Shown here: positions 1-10,234 of the stretch, piece by piece
Layout: the number at the start of each line of letters is the position of its first letter
Position numbering within the stretch: position 1 is the first letter of the stretch
Source of the DNA: an uncultured beta proteobacterium
GTDB lineage: Bacteria; Pseudomonadota; Gammaproteobacteria; Burkholderiales; Burkholderiaceae
DNA: 35,933 nucleotides
Assembly: GCA_903827075.1 (NCBI GenBank)
Contig: CAIKGX010000158.1
Coordinates: 1 to 35,933, forward strand
Direction of reading: 5' to 3'
Notes under the pieces: model-generated
What the model was told of the DNA's origin: nothing
The model's input: only the letters and a program-made list of their open reading frames with translations
Databases searched by the model: none
Translations under genes and position numbers: made by a program

Positions 1-2
1 CC

Positions 3-449
3 GGCCGCATGGCAGAAGCGGGCTATTTGAAAAAATTAGGTGCTGCTGAAGTGATCGATCGCGCAGCGTTGTCGGTACCCGGAAAGCCTTTGGCAAAAGA
101 GCGTTGGGCGGCAGTGGTTGATAGTGTTGGTAGTCATACCTTAGCTAACGCCTGCGCGCAAACCAAGAGCGACGGAGCGGTTGCTGCTTGTGGACTAGCT
201 CAAGGAATGGATTTTCCTTCGACAGTAGCTCCATTTATTTTGCGAGGCATTACCTTGTATGGCATTAACAGTGTGACTGTGCCGCGTGCAAAACGAATAG
301 CTGCTTATGAACAACTCAGTGAGTTGGTGGATCTCAAAACTTTAGAAGAAATTTCTCATGAGATTAGCTTGGAAGAGTCAATGAAGTACGCTACAGAATT
401 AATAGCAGGCAATGTGCGTGGCCGTTTAATTGTGAATGTGAATAGATAA
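3..449 (+). CDS. MDR-family NADPH oxidoreductase, YhdH/AcuI-like (acryloyl-CoA reductase family); 5' partial
   Basis: The C-terminal half matches YhdH/AcuI (YLKKLGAAEVIDR, VDSVGSHTLANACA, VAACGLAQGMDFPSTVAPFILRGITLYGINSV, GNVRGRLIV). The frame is open to the window edge, so the ATG at 9 is probably internal. Confidence 0.85.
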   Translation, partial: GRMAEAGYLKKLGAAEVIDRAALSVPGKPLAKERWAAVVDSVGSHTLANACAQTKSDGAVAACGLAQGMDFPSTVAPFILRGITLYGINSVTVPRAKRIAAYEQLSELVDLKTLEEISHEISLEESMKYATELIAGNVRGRLIVNVNR

Positions 450-473
450 AACAATGATAGCTGAGATGGCTTA

Positions 474-647
474 TTAATCTGACTGGGGTTTGCGTGCTTC
501 AAGTTGCGCGCAAACGTTCAGCTTCTCTCTGTTGGAAAATTCAGACCAAGAAGCGATTTCAGAGAGCGTGCGAAAGCAGCCACGACAGTAGCCATTTTCA
601 GGATTCATTTCACACCAATTAATGCAGGGCGATGGAACTGTTGTCAA
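474..647 (-). CDS. DUF1289 family small Cys-rich (putative Fe-S/metal-binding) protein
   Basis: Motif PSPCINWC...GYCRGCFRTLSEIASWS. The start is uncertain (TTG at 647 or 653; the ATG at 674 overlaps the next gene). Confidence 0.8.
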   Translation of the reverse strand: MTTVPSPCINWCEMNPENGYCRGCFRTLSEIASWSEFSNREKLNVCAQLEARKPQSD

Positions 648-664
648 AGTCAACCTAGAAAAAT

Positions 665-1750
665 ATGAATACAAGCAAACCAGCAGATATTACTAATGCC
701 ATCCATTATCCATTAGGTGATGTCTTGCCAGAGGTAGGCAGCGCGATTGAGGTAGCGCCCGGCGTACGTTGGCTAAGGATGCGTTTACCTTTTGCTTTAG
801 ACCATATCAATCTCTGGCTTTTGCGCGATACCATTGAAGGTGTAGAGGGCTGGACGATTGTGGATTGCGGAATTGCAAATGATGAGACTAAAGCTTCTTG
901 GGAGCAAGTATTTTCAACGCAGCTTCAAGGGATGCCGGTATTGCGCGTGATCGTAACGCATATGCATCCTGATCATGTGGGTCTGTCGCAATGGTTGTGC
1001 GAGAAATGGAATGTACCCTTATGGATCTCGATGACCGATTATTTAACGGCGCAGTGGTTGAGTCATAAAGAGGGGGGTGCCGCCATTGGATCGCGTGCAG
1101 GCAGCGGTGGCTCGGCAGATCACTTTCAGAAGCATGGCTTGAGTACGCCAGAAGATTTGGAAAAAATTCGGGGTCGATCAAATTACTATAGCAATATGGT
1201 TCCCGGAATCCCGCGTCAATATCGCCGCATCATAGATGAAGAAATAATATCCATTGGTGGTCGCGATTGGCAAGTCATTATGGGTTATGGGCATGCACCT
1301 GAACATGCGTGTTTATATTGCCAAGAATTAGGCGTATTGATTTCGGGGGATATGGTGTTGCCTCGTATTTCTACCAATGTGAGTGTGTATGATGCTGATC
1401 CTGATGCTGATCCATTGGGCTTATATCTAGATTCTTTGGAGCGACTGAATTGTTTGCCAGCAGAGACCTTTGTATTACCGTCTCATGGAAAACCATTTAC
1501 AGGAATGAGCTTGCGGATTGCGCAATTAAAAGCGCACCACGATGATCGTTTGGCAGAAACTATTGCTGCATGTAAAAAACCGGCACATGCTAGAGAGATT
1601 GTGCCGGTTTTGTTTAAGCGGGAATTAGATATTCACCAAATGACTTTTGCCATGGGTGAGGCTATTGCTCATCTGAATTACCTACTTCGTCGAGGAAAGT
1701 TGAGCCGGCAGCTTTGCGATGACGGGATGTTGCGCTTTTGCGTGGTCTAG
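665..1750 (+). CDS. MBL-fold metallo-hydrolase
   Basis: THMHPDHVGL (HxHxDH), GHAPEH, LISGDMVLP, LPSHG. Confidence 0.9.
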   Translation: MNTSKPADITNAIHYPLGDVLPEVGSAIEVAPGVRWLRMRLPFALDHINLWLLRDTIEGVEGWTIVDCGIANDETKASWEQVFSTQLQGMPVLRVIVTHMHPDHVGLSQWLCEKWNVPLWISMTDYLTAQWLSHKEGGAAIGSRAGSGGSADHFQKHGLSTPEDLEKIRGRSNYYSNMVPGIPRQYRRIIDEEIISIGGRDWQVIMGYGHAPEHACLYCQELGVLISGDMVLPRISTNVSVYDADPDADPLGLYLDSLERLNCLPAETFVLPSHGKPFTGMSLRIAQLKAHHDDRLAETIAACKKPAHAREIVPVLFKRELDIHQMTFAMGEAIAHLNYLLRRGKLSRQLCDDGMLRFCVV

Positions 1751-2111
1751 CACGCGTTTTAGGGCTTGATTCTTCGGTTGATCCAGTTGCCGCAGCACTA
1801 GCTGCAGATACTGCATCGCCAAAGGATTTCAGAGCCATCATCGTCGCATGCTGAACTTCTAAACCCTGAATAGTGGATTTAAGGATGTTGAGATTCAGGT
1901 TAAGCCAGTTCTCAACACTCTTTAGGTCTTTGATGCGCTTTTCTAGCTCATCTACATCAAGCCCTGGAAAAGCGGAGCCAAATCCCCCGGAAGCCTTAGA
2001 GGCATCAGTAGTGAAGGGGAATTGCCCAGGCATTTGTCCAGTTGCATTTTGGCCCCACATGGTTTTAAACATTTCAAGGCTTTGGTTGAATTCGGGAATG
2101 GTTCCAAACAT
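1662..2111 (-). CDS. phaM: PhaM-like PHA granule/nucleoid-associated protein (short form)
   Basis: Conserved DVDELEKRIKDLKSVENWLNLNLNILKSTIQGLEVQ segment, basic C-terminal tail, GGAG upstream. Placed divergently from metH and convergently to the MBL hydrolase, as I recall in Burkholderiaceae. Confidence 0.75.
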   Translation of the reverse strand: MFGTIPEFNQSLEMFKTMWGQNATGQMPGQFPFTTDASKASGGFGSAFPGLDVDELEKRIKDLKSVENWLNLNLNILKSTIQGLEVQHATMMALKSFGDAVSAASAAATGSTEESSPKTRARPRKSATSRHRKAAGSTFLDEVGNSDEQ

Positions 2112-2149
2112 AAGGGGCTCCAGGTTGGATGAAAAGTGGCGTTTGCCAA

Positions 2150-2166
2150 TAGAATAAGGGATTCTA
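2150..2166. promoter_or_regulatory. Overlapping opposite -10-like hexamers (TAGAAT on each strand) for metHa and phaM
   Basis: TAGAAT-aaggg-ATTCTA inverted repeat inside the 76-bp divergent intergenic region. Confidence 0.45.
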
Positions 2167-2187
2167 GAGATTAATCCCGGTTAAGCA

Positions 2188-3255
2188 ATGCAATTTAATG
2201 GTTTATCCCAGTCCTATACCCGCGGTCAGGCCCTTCCTGAGCTTTTGAAGCAGCGCATTCTCATTTTGGATGGCGCCATGGGCACGATGATTCAACAGTA
2301 CAAACTGTCTGAGGCTGATTACCGTGGACTGCCAGTGAATACCCGTTTTGCTGATCATCCTAGTGATATCAAGGGCAATAATGAGCTTTTGGTTTTAACC
2401 CAAGCCCAAATTATTAGCAAGATTCATGAGCAGTACCTCGATGCAGGGGCCGACATTATTGAAACCAACACTTTTGGCGCAACCTCAGTTGCACAAGAAG
2501 ACTACAAGATGGCTGGTTTAGCGCGGGAGATGAATATCGTTTCCGCGCAACTTGCTAGAGCTGCTTGCGATAAGTTCAGTACCCCCGAAAAACCACGTTT
2601 TGCAGCTGGTGCAATTGGACCTACACCCAAGACCGCGAGTATTTCACCAGACGTGAATGACCCAGGTGCTCGCAATGTAACTTTTGATGTTTTACGTGCA
2701 TCTTATCGTGAGCAGATAGAAGGGCTCTTTGCTGGTGGGGTTGATTTATTTTTAGTTGAAACGATTTTTGACACCCTCAATGCCAAAGCAGCTTTATTTG
2801 CTCTGGATGAATTTTTTGAAGAGACTGGTGAGCGTTTGCCAGTCATGATTTCCGGAACAGTTACGGATGCCTCCGGACGTATCCTGTCAGGGCAGACTGT
2901 TGAGGCCTTTTGGAATAGTCTGCGCCATATCAAGCCACTTACGTTTGGATTGAACTGTGCCTTAGGCGCTGCTCTGATGCGCCCTTATATCGCAGAGCTT
3001 GCTCGTATTTGTGATGCTGCAGTTTCTTGTTATCCCAATGCGGGCTTGCCTAATCCTATGAGTGATACGGGCTTTGATGAAACTCCAGAAATTACTTCTA
3101 GTTTGGTAGATGGCTTTGCTAAAGACGGCCTAGTCAATTTGGTTGGTGGTTGTTGTGGAACTACGCCAGACCATATTCGGGCGATTGCCAATGCAGTTGC
3201 TAAGCGTAAGCCCCGTGCTTTTTATCGTGAAGATACTAATGAGGTATCAGCATGA
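2188..3255 (+). CDS. metH: Methionine synthase N-terminal module (homocysteine S-methyltransferase domain), split MetH part A
   Basis: [20 protein letters not shown] and [12 protein letters not shown] (Zn-binding Cys). Confidence 0.93.
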   Translation: MQFNGLSQSYTRGQALPELLKQRILILDGAMGTMIQQYKLSEADYRGLPVNTRFADHPSDIKGNNELLVLTQAQIISKIHEQYLDAGADIIETNTFGATSVAQEDYKMAGLAREMNIVSAQLARAACDKFSTPEKPRFAAGAIGPTPKTASISPDVNDPGARNVTFDVLRASYREQIEGLFAGGVDLFLVETIFDTLNAKAALFALDEFFEETGERLPVMISGTVTDASGRILSGQTVEAFWNSLRHIKPLTFGLNCALGAALMRPYIAELARICDAAVSCYPNAGLPNPMSDTGFDETPEITSSLVDGFAKDGLVNLVGGCCGTTPDHIRAIANAVAKRKPRAFYREDTNEVSA

Positions 3256-5993
3256 GCAAGAAAGCGATGCCTCCAATGAAGCTCTCGGGCTTAGAGCCTT
3301 TCAATGTCACGGCAGATGTTGGATTTGTGAACATCGGTGAGCGTACGAATGTCACCGGTTCAAAAGCATTCTCCCGCATGATTTTGAATAATCAATTTGA
3401 CGATGCGTTAGTTGTTGCTCGTCAGCAGGTGGAGAATGGTGCACAGGTCATCGATATCAATATGGATGAAGCGATGTTGGATTCTGAGGCGGCAATGGTG
3501 CGCTTTTTAAATCTGATTGCTTCTGAGCCAGATATCGCGCGCGTTCCAATCATGATCGATTCCTCCAAGTGGAGCGTGATCGAGGCTGGCCTGAAATGCG
3601 TTCAAGGTAAGCCGATTGTGAATTCAATCTCCTTAAAAGAGGGTGAAGAGCCTTTCAGAAAACAAGCACGTTTGATTCGTCGTTATGGCGCTGCAAGTGT
3701 AGTGATGGCATTTGATGAAGCAGGTCAAGCCGATACCTTCAAACGTAAAACTGAAATCTGTCAGCGTTGCTACGAAATTCTTGTGAATGAAATTGGCTTT
3801 CCTGCTGAAGATATTATTTTTGACCCCAATATCTTTGCAATCGCAACGGGCATTGAAGAGCACGATAACTATGCCGTAGATTTTATTAATGCTACGCGTT
3901 GGATTAAAGAAAATCTTCCCGGCGCTAAAGTCAGCGGTGGCGTATCGAACGTCAGCTTCTCATTCCGCGGTAATGATCGCGTTCGCGAGGCTATTCATAC
4001 TGTGTTCCTGTATCACGCTATCCAGGCAGGCATGGATATGGGTATTGTGAATGCCGGTCAGTTAGGTGTTTATGCCGATTTGGATGCAGAGTTGCGTGAG
4101 CGTGTTGAAGATGTCGTGCTCAACCGCTTTAAAGAAAAAGACGGTAAGACGCCTACAGAACGTTTGCTTGATATTGCCGACCAATTTAAAGGTGGTGGCG
4201 CAAAGCAGCTCGAAAATTTAGCTTGGCGTGAAGCACCAGTGCGTGAGCGTTTAACCCATGCATTAGTGCATGGCATCACCACATTTATTGAAGAAGATAC
4301 AGAAGAATTGCGCGCCCAAATTATGGGTGATGGCGGTAGACCTATTGAGGTGATCGAAGGCCCGCTAATGGATGGCATGAATGTCGTTGGAGATTTATTT
4401 GGTGAGGGGAAAATGTTCCTGCCACAAGTAGTCAAGAGCGCGCGCGTGATGAAGCAAGCAGTGGCGATTTTGATTCCTTATATTGAAGAAGAAAAGCGTT
4501 TACACATTGCCGCTGGCGGAGAAGCAAAGGCCAAGGGCAAGATTGTTATGGCCACTGTTAAGGGTGACGTGCACGATATTGGTAAGAATATTGTTACCGT
4601 GGTCTTGCAATGTAATAACTTTGAAGTCGCCAATATGGGTGTCATGGTTCCTTGTGCAGAAATTCTGAAGAGAGCCAAAGAAGAGAAGGCGGATATCGTT
4701 GGCCTGTCTGGTTTGATTACCCCATCTCTTGAAGAGATGACTTATGTGGCTCAAGAGATGCAGCGCGATGATTATTTCCGTGAGCGACAAATTCCATTGA
4801 TGATTGGTGGTGCAACAACTTCGCGTGTACATACTGCTGTGAAAATTGCGCCTCACTATGATGGCCCAGTAGTCTATGTGCCTGATGCTTCACGTTCTGT
4901 TTCAGTAGCATCCAGTTTGTTATCAGATGAGAGTGCCAAGAAATTTATTCAAGATCTTCGTGATGACTATGTGCGCATTCGTGAGCAGCATGCAAATAAG
5001 AAGGCCGCCCCAACCATTTCTTTAGAGGCAGCCCGCAAAAATCGGGAATTGATTGATTGGTCTGCTTATGTGCCTGAGAAGCCGAAATTTATTGGTCGTC
5101 GGATCTTTAAGAATTTCGCCTTAAGCGATATTGCCCATTACATTGATTGGACCCCATTTTTCCAGACCTGGGATTTAGCCGGTAAATTCCCAGCAATCTT
5201 AGATGACGAGGTGGTAGGTATTGAGGCGCGCAAAGTATTTGAAGATGCAAAGGCATTATTGGATAAGTTGATTAAAGGCCAGTGGATACAAGCCGATGCA
5301 GTTGTTGCTTTTTATCCTGCTAATACTGTAGGTGACGATATCGTGCTCTATACCGATGAATCACGCGACCACCCTTTATTTGTATGGCATAACCTGCGGC
5401 AGCAAGCCGAACGTCCGGTAATCGATGGTGTACGTCGTCCGAATCGTTGCTTGGCCGATTATGTTGCACCTAAGGATTCTGGTGTAGCTGATTACTTGGG
5501 CTGCTTTGCCGTCACAACCGGTCATGGTGTTGAAAAGAAGGTGGAAGAGTTCCAGGCTAAGCATGATGACTACAGTGCGATTATGTTGAAGGCTTTAGCA
5601 GATCGTTTGGCGGAAGCCTTTGCTGAACTGATGCATCATCGTGTGCGGACCGATCTGTGGGGTTATGCCACCGATGAGATTTTGACCAATGAACAAATGG
5701 TGAATGAAGAATACCGCGGCATTCGTCCAGCCCCTGGTTACCCAGCATGCCCTGCTCATGAAGTGAAAGAGGATTTACTGAGGGTAATTGGGTCAGAGGA
5801 CATTGGTATGACTTTGACTGAATCCATGGCCATGAACCCTGCCTCTAGTGTCAGCGGTTTCTATTTAGCCCATCCAGACGCACGTTATTTCAATGTAGGT
5901 AAGGTCTCAACAGATCAGGTGGAGGATTTAGCTGTACGCCGAGGGCAATCAATTGATGATGTGCGCCGTCAATTAGCTAGCTCAATCGACTAA
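3252..5993 (+). CDS. metH: B12-dependent methionine synthase (pterin-binding, cobalamin-binding and activation domains), split MetH part B
   Basis: [31 protein letters not shown] (DxHxxG), [26 protein letters not shown] overlap with part A. Confidence 0.97.
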   Translation: MSKKAMPPMKLSGLEPFNVTADVGFVNIGERTNVTGSKAFSRMILNNQFDDALVVARQQVENGAQVIDINMDEAMLDSEAAMVRFLNLIASEPDIARVPIMIDSSKWSVIEAGLKCVQGKPIVNSISLKEGEEPFRKQARLIRRYGAASVVMAFDEAGQADTFKRKTEICQRCYEILVNEIGFPAEDIIFDPNIFAIATGIEEHDNYAVDFINATRWIKENLPGAKVSGGVSNVSFSFRGNDRVREAIHTVFLYHAIQAGMDMGIVNAGQLGVYADLDAELRERVEDVVLNRFKEKDGKTPTERLLDIADQFKGGGAKQLENLAWREAPVRERLTHALVHGITTFIEEDTEELRAQIMGDGGRPIEVIEGPLMDGMNVVGDLFGEGKMFLPQVVKSARVMKQAVAILIPYIEEEKRLHIAAGGEAKAKGKIVMATVKGDVHDIGKNIVTVVLQCNNFEVANMGVMVPCAEILKRAKEEKADIVGLSGLITPSLEEMTYVAQEMQRDDYFRERQIPLMIGGATTSRVHTAVKIAPHYDGPVVYVPDASRSVSVASSLLSDESAKKFIQDLRDDYVRIREQHANKKAAPTISLEAARKNRELIDWSAYVPEKPKFIGRRIFKNFALSDIAHYIDWTPFFQTWDLAGKFPAILDDEVVGIEARKVFEDAKALLDKLIKGQWIQADAVVAFYPANTVGDDIVLYTDESRDHPLFVWHNLRQQAERPVIDGVRRPNRCLADYVAPKDSGVADYLGCFAVTTGHGVEKKVEEFQAKHDDYSAIMLKALADRLAEAFAELMHHRVRTDLWGYATDEILTNEQMVNEEYRGIRPAPGYPACPAHEVKEDLLRVIGSEDIGMTLTESMAMNPASSVSGFYLAHPDARYFNVGKVSTDQVEDLAVRRGQSIDDVRRQLASSID

Positions 5994-6008
5994 ATACTTT
6001 GGTTGATG

Positions 6009-6032
6009 ATGTGGGGCCTAAACGCCCCACAT
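6009..6032. terminator. Perfect 9-bp hairpin at the convergent metH/DUF1840 junction
   Basis: ATGTGGGGC-ctaaac-GCCCCACAT. No U-tract on either side, so a terminator role is uncertain. Confidence 0.35.
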
Positions 6033-6335
6033 GACAGGCTCATCCTTAGCATTAGCTTGTTTCATGAGTTCTAAGAATGGGTAGGCCCTTTGCCCAAGTC
6101 TATCGGCTAATTTGGGCCTCTCTGCTGCCTCATCACCCGACTCTTTGGCTTGGGCACGCTCTTTTAAGTCTTTCAGAATAGCGGTCTCTAGGGTGATGAT
6201 GAGGCTTGGCAGTTGCTCTACCGTGAAAATACCTCTGGGCTCTAAAGGGCGAGCCAAAATATCAAATATCCGTTTGGTCAGATCAGCCAGCATGATGACG
6301 TCTGGACCCGCTTTTGAGCGAAATTGATAGATCAT
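6018..6335 (-). CDS. DUF1840 family protein
   Basis: FRSKAGPDVIM...GIFTVEQLP...LGQRAYPFLELM...VMWGV. Divergent from argS. Confidence 0.85.
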   Translation of the reverse strand: MIYQFRSKAGPDVIMLADLTKRIFDILARPLEPRGIFTVEQLPSLIITLETAILKDLKERAQAKESGDEAAERPKLADRLGQRAYPFLELMKQANAKDEPVMWGV

Positions 6336-6341
6336 TTCCGT

Positions 6342-6361
6342 AGCTTACCACCTGATAAACT
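6342..6361. promoter_or_regulatory. Divergent extended -10 elements for DUF1840 (-) and argS (+)
   Basis: Minus strand TGgTAAGCT (hexamer 6342-6347) 6 nt before ATG 6335. Plus strand TGaTAAACT (hexamer 6356-6361) 9 nt before ATG 6371. No SD for either gene. Confidence 0.55.
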
Positions 6362-6370
6362 CACTTATCT

Positions 6371-8116
6371 ATGTTGTTAACTAATAAAAATCGTTTAATT
6401 GAAATGTTGGGTGCCGCCCTTCAGGTCATCGCTCACGAGCGTGGCTTAGGCGAAGCACCGCAGCCCCGCTTGGAGCGCCCAAAAGCAGTGGATCATGGGG
6501 ACGTTGCTTGCAATATTGCCCTTCAGCTTTCTAAGGCATGGAAGCTCAATCCTAGAGAATTGGCGCAAGCCTTGGTTGAGCGCTTGCAACAAGAGCCTGG
6601 TTTTGCCGATCTGATTGCATCCTGCGAAATTGCTGGCCCTGGATTTATTAACTTTCGCCTGAGCAACGCAGCTAAAACAACAGTTATTCAAGAGATTTTG
6701 TCCGCAGGTACCCAGTATGGACTCTTAGCCCCAGGCACAGGTCCGGTTGCTAGTGCGATGATTGAATTTGTGTCCGCCAATCCCACTGGGCCCCTGCATG
6801 TCGGCCATGGTCGTCAAGCTGCCTTGGGGGATGCGTTGGCAAATTTGCTCGCTACCCAGGGGATCAAAGTCCATCGTGAGTTTTATTACAACGATGCGGG
6901 CGTACAGATCGCTAATCTAGCCTTGTCAGTAGAGGCCCGCTTGAGTGGTTTGAAACCAGGTGATGCTACCTGGCCGGAAAATGCTTACAACGGTGAATAC
7001 ATTGCTGAAATTGCCGCTGCTTTTAAGGGTTCCACCCAATTCCGCGGGGACTTATCCGCATCGGAAAAGATGGAGGCCATTCGCCAGTTTGCCGTAGCTT
7101 ACCTGCGCAATGAACAGGATATTGATTTAAAAACCTTTGGTGTGAAATTTGATTGCTATTACCTGGAGTCTTCTTTGTATACCGATGGAAGTGTTGCTCA
7201 AATAGTTCAAGATTTACAGAGTATCGGTAAAACCTATGAGGGCGATGGTGCACTTTGGTTAAAAACAACCGATGACGGCGATGATAAAGATCGCGTGATG
7301 CGCAAGTCTGATGGGAGCTTCACTTACTTTGTTCCTGATGTGGCGTATCACGCCAGCAAATGGCAGCGTGGTTTTGAGAAGGTGATCAATGTGCAGGGTA
7401 GCGATCACCACGGTACGATTGCTCGCGTTCGCTCTGGCCTTCAAGGCGTGGCACAAAAGCGCGGCTGGGATATTCCTAAAACTTTCCCCGAATATGTATT
7501 GCATAAGATGGTGACTGTGATGCGTCATGGTGAAGAGGTAAAAATCTCTAAGCGTGCCGGATCATATGTAACGGTACGTGATTTAGTGGAATGGTCTGGT
7601 GGTGTTACTCCAGAGATGACTACAGAAGAGCGCGAGCTTTCATTACAGCGAGGCCGTGATGCGGTACGTTTCTTTTTAATCTCTCGTAAGGCAGATACCG
7701 AGTTTGTCTTTGATATTGATTTGGCTCTACAGCAAAATGACGAGAACCCTGTGTTCTATGTTCAATATGCTCATGCACGGATTTGCTCTATCTTGACCCA
7801 ATGGGGCGGTCAAGATGGGGATCTGAAATCAGCCGACCTATCTTTATTGCAAAGCAAGGCCTCTGATCATTTATTGCGCCGCTTGGCTGAATATCCTGAA
7901 GTCTTGACTGATGCAGCCGCAGAGCTCGCACCCCATGCTTTAGCGTTTTATTTGCGTGATTTGGCGGGAGATTTCCATACCTTCTATAACGCGGATCGAG
8001 TGTTGGTTGATGATCTAGCCCTGAAATTAGCGCGTTTAGCTTTGCTCTTAGCCACTCGCCAAGTGCTTGAAAATGGTTTAAAACTATTAGGTGTATCCGC
8101 ACCCGCTAAGATGTGA
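6371..8116 (+). CDS. argS: Arginine--tRNA ligase
   Basis: [17 protein letters not shown] (HIGH), [27 protein letters not shown]-terminus. Confidence 0.98.
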   Translation: MLLTNKNRLIEMLGAALQVIAHERGLGEAPQPRLERPKAVDHGDVACNIALQLSKAWKLNPRELAQALVERLQQEPGFADLIASCEIAGPGFINFRLSNAAKTTVIQEILSAGTQYGLLAPGTGPVASAMIEFVSANPTGPLHVGHGRQAALGDALANLLATQGIKVHREFYYNDAGVQIANLALSVEARLSGLKPGDATWPENAYNGEYIAEIAAAFKGSTQFRGDLSASEKMEAIRQFAVAYLRNEQDIDLKTFGVKFDCYYLESSLYTDGSVAQIVQDLQSIGKTYEGDGALWLKTTDDGDDKDRVMRKSDGSFTYFVPDVAYHASKWQRGFEKVINVQGSDHHGTIARVRSGLQGVAQKRGWDIPKTFPEYVLHKMVTVMRHGEEVKISKRAGSYVTVRDLVEWSGGVTPEMTTEERELSLQRGRDAVRFFLISRKADTEFVFDIDLALQQNDENPVFYVQYAHARICSILTQWGGQDGDLKSADLSLLQSKASDHLLRRLAEYPEVLTDAAAELAPHALAFYLRDLAGDFHTFYNADRVLVDDLALKLARLALLLATRQVLENGLKLLGVSAPAKM

Positions 8117-8169
8117 TGTATGGGTCTGCAGCAAACAGGTAAAAAGCAAATAGGCAGGATCGGGACAAG

Positions 8170-8787
8170 ATGAAAAAAACGAATCAAAAAACCAGCTTCA
8201 TTCAGCGAGAAAATGCTTCTAGTCCTGAGTACGGTGGGACTATTCTCGGATTCATTTTGGGTTTGGGTGTGGGTTTGGGCGTTGCTTTCCTTATTGCCTT
8301 TTACCTCTCTAAAAATACACCCCAAGAGCGCCCTGGAATGAGGGCGCCCAATCTACCTTTAACTATTAAGCCGGGACCCGCTCCAGCTGAAGGTGAAACC
8401 GCTGCCCCAGTTGAACCTTTAGATTTGAATAAGCCCCTACAAGGTAAGTCATCCGCTCCATCTGCAGCAGCAGATCCTATTGGTGATTTGGCCAATGGCA
8501 AGAAGCCCTCTGAGACATCTGCTACGACAGCACCTGCTACTAAATCGGATGCAATCTATTTCTTGCAGGTGGGTGCATTTGTGAAGCGCCCTGATGCCGA
8601 TGCACAGAAAGCGAGCTTAGCCATTCAGGGAATTCAGTCACAATTAAGTGAAGTCACCAGTGAAGGCAATACGCTTTGGCGTGTTCGTGTAGGACCGTTC
8701 AATAGTGTTGAAGAAAGCAATCCTGTGCGCGATAAGTTAAATGGCATGGGAATCAAACCAACCGTGATTAAATCTAGCAAATCATGA
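8170..8787 (+). CDS. SPOR-domain cell division protein (FtsN-like)
   Basis: N-terminal TM GGTILGFILGLGVGLGVA, Pro-rich linker, SPOR domain YFLQVGAF...WRVRVGPF. argS-SPOR-dsbA order. Confidence 0.88.
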   Translation: MKKTNQKTSFIQRENASSPEYGGTILGFILGLGVGLGVAFLIAFYLSKNTPQERPGMRAPNLPLTIKPGPAPAEGETAAPVEPLDLNKPLQGKSSAPSAAADPIGDLANGKKPSETSATTAPATKSDAIYFLQVGAFVKRPDADAQKASLAIQGIQSQLSEVTSEGNTLWRVRVGPFNSVEESNPVRDKLNGMGIKPTVIKSSKS

Positions 8788-9440
8788 TTTCACTATCTAA
8801 AAGACTTCTCGCTCTAATTGCAACGATCTTCCTTGCGTGTTCATTTATGGGTATTGCAATTGCGCAAAGCCCAAAGATTGAGGAAGGCTTTGATTACCGC
8901 GTTCTTCCAATGCCACAGCCTGTAGAGGTCAAAGGCAAAGTAGAGGTGATTGAGTTCTTTTGGTACGGCTGTCCACATTGTTATGATTTTGAGCCTGAGC
9001 TCACTGCTTGGATCAAGCGCCAACCTAAAGATGTCACGTTTCGGAGAGTGCCGGTGGCTTTCCGTGACGACTTCATGCCCCACAGTCAAATGTTCTATGC
9101 CTTAGAGGCAATGGGTAAAGGCGACGCTCTGAATGAAAAGGTGATGTATGCCATGCATAAAGAGAACAAGCGCCTCATGACGGAAAGTGAGATTGCCGAT
9201 TGGGTGGCCTCCCAGGGTATCGACCGTAATACTTTCTTGGCGACCTATCGTTCATTCGCAGTAGCTTCTAAGGCCCGCGCTTCAAGGCAGCTAGCCGATG
9301 CTTATCGAATTGATGGAGTACCAACCATTGTGATGCAGGGCCGCTATGTCACCTCACCATCTATTGCGGGCACTAAAGCGAAAGCAATTCTCGTCATGGA
9401 CTATTTAGAGCAAAAAATTCGTAAAGATAAGTACAAGTAG
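8784..9440 (+). CDS. dsbA: Thiol:disulfide interchange protein DsbA
   Basis: Signal peptide, EFFWYGCPHC, cis-Pro motif GVPT. Confidence 0.95.
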   Translation: MISLSKRLLALIATIFLACSFMGIAIAQSPKIEEGFDYRVLPMPQPVEVKGKVEVIEFFWYGCPHCYDFEPELTAWIKRQPKDVTFRRVPVAFRDDFMPHSQMFYALEAMGKGDALNEKVMYAMHKENKRLMTESEIADWVASQGIDRNTFLATYRSFAVASKARASRQLADAYRIDGVPTIVMQGRYVTSPSIAGTKAKAILVMDYLEQKIRKDKYK

Positions 9441-9457
9441 ATAGAAGGATCTCTTAC

Positions 9458-10234
9458 TTAAATCTGAACGAAGCGACGTACGAACCAAAAGTAAAGCGGG
9501 TAGGGTAAGATTCTAAGGAATTTCAGAAACCTTGAAAACCGTTTGGGAAAGTGAATATCAAATTCCCCATTTTGAATTCCTACAATGATTTCTTTAGCCG
9601 CTTGCTCTGCTGTAATTAAAGCAGGCATCTCAAAGTCATTTTGCGCTGTCGCCTCAGTTGCGACAAATCCTGGTGAGATCATATGCACACTGATACCCTG
9701 TGGCAGTAGATCGTAGTAGAGGGTTTCGCAAAAATTGATAATGCCAGCCTTACTGGGGCCATATGCTAATGCTTTAGGAAGCCCGCTGTAACCAGCGACA
9801 CTACCGACAATTGCAATATGCCCAGCATGATTTTGGAGCATCTCAGGCAGGACTATAGCTACCGCTCTCATTGGTCCCAAGAGATTGGCGTCAATGGTCT
9901 GCTCGGCAATATCCATCTCAAATTGATCTGCACGCAAAGGAACATACAGGCCGGAGACAAAAAGTAATAGATCTAGAGCGCCCCAATTTTCTAGTATGTG
10001 TTGATAGGCGCTCTCAAGCTGCTCTCGATGAGTAACGTCAACTGGCAGTACTAAAGTTTGGTTTATCTGAGCTGTACTAGCTAATTTTGTAAGTCGTTCA
10101 ATACGACGAGCTGATAGAGCAACTTTTGCCCCAGCCGCAAGCAATGAGGTTGAGCATGCCTCACCTATTCCACTAGAGGCTCCAATCACCCAAACACGCT
10201 TGCCTGACCAGCTTGCTATGCCCGCCTGTTTCAT
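9458..10234 (-). CDS. Short-chain dehydrogenase/reductase
   Basis: GASSGIG, catalytic YGPSK, SPGFVAT. The start at 10234 gives an ATGA overlap with the upstream gene (alternative start 10252). Confidence 0.9.
   Translation of the reverse strand: MKQAGIASWSGKRVWVIGASSGIGEACSTSLLAAGAKVALSARRIERLTKLASTAQINQTLVLPVDVTHREQLESAYQHILENWGALDLLLFVSGLYVPLRADQFEMDIAEQTIDANLLGPMRAVAIVLPEMLQNHAGHIAIVGSVAGYSGLPKALAYGPSKAGIINFCETLYYDLLPQGISVHMISPGFVATEATAQNDFEMPALITAEQAAKEIIVGIQNGEFDIHFPKRFSRFLKFLRILPYPLYFWFVRRFVQI

Noticed and set aside
1390-1413. Tandem 12-nt repeat (GATGCTGATCC x2) and the Ala-rich GCT repeats in amtB near 23110
   Set aside because: In-frame low-complexity coding sequence (DADPDADP; Ala linker), not a CRISPR or contingency repeat.
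2112-2187. Cobalamin, SAM or SAH riboswitch before metH
   Set aside because: The region is only 76 bp, is shared with the phaM start signals and shows no recognisable conserved motif.
7984-8325. 113-aa minus ORF spanning the argS/SPOR junction
   Set aside because: It is antisense to two well-supported genes and has no motifs; its TQTHTQTQ repeat mirrors the Gly-rich TM codons.
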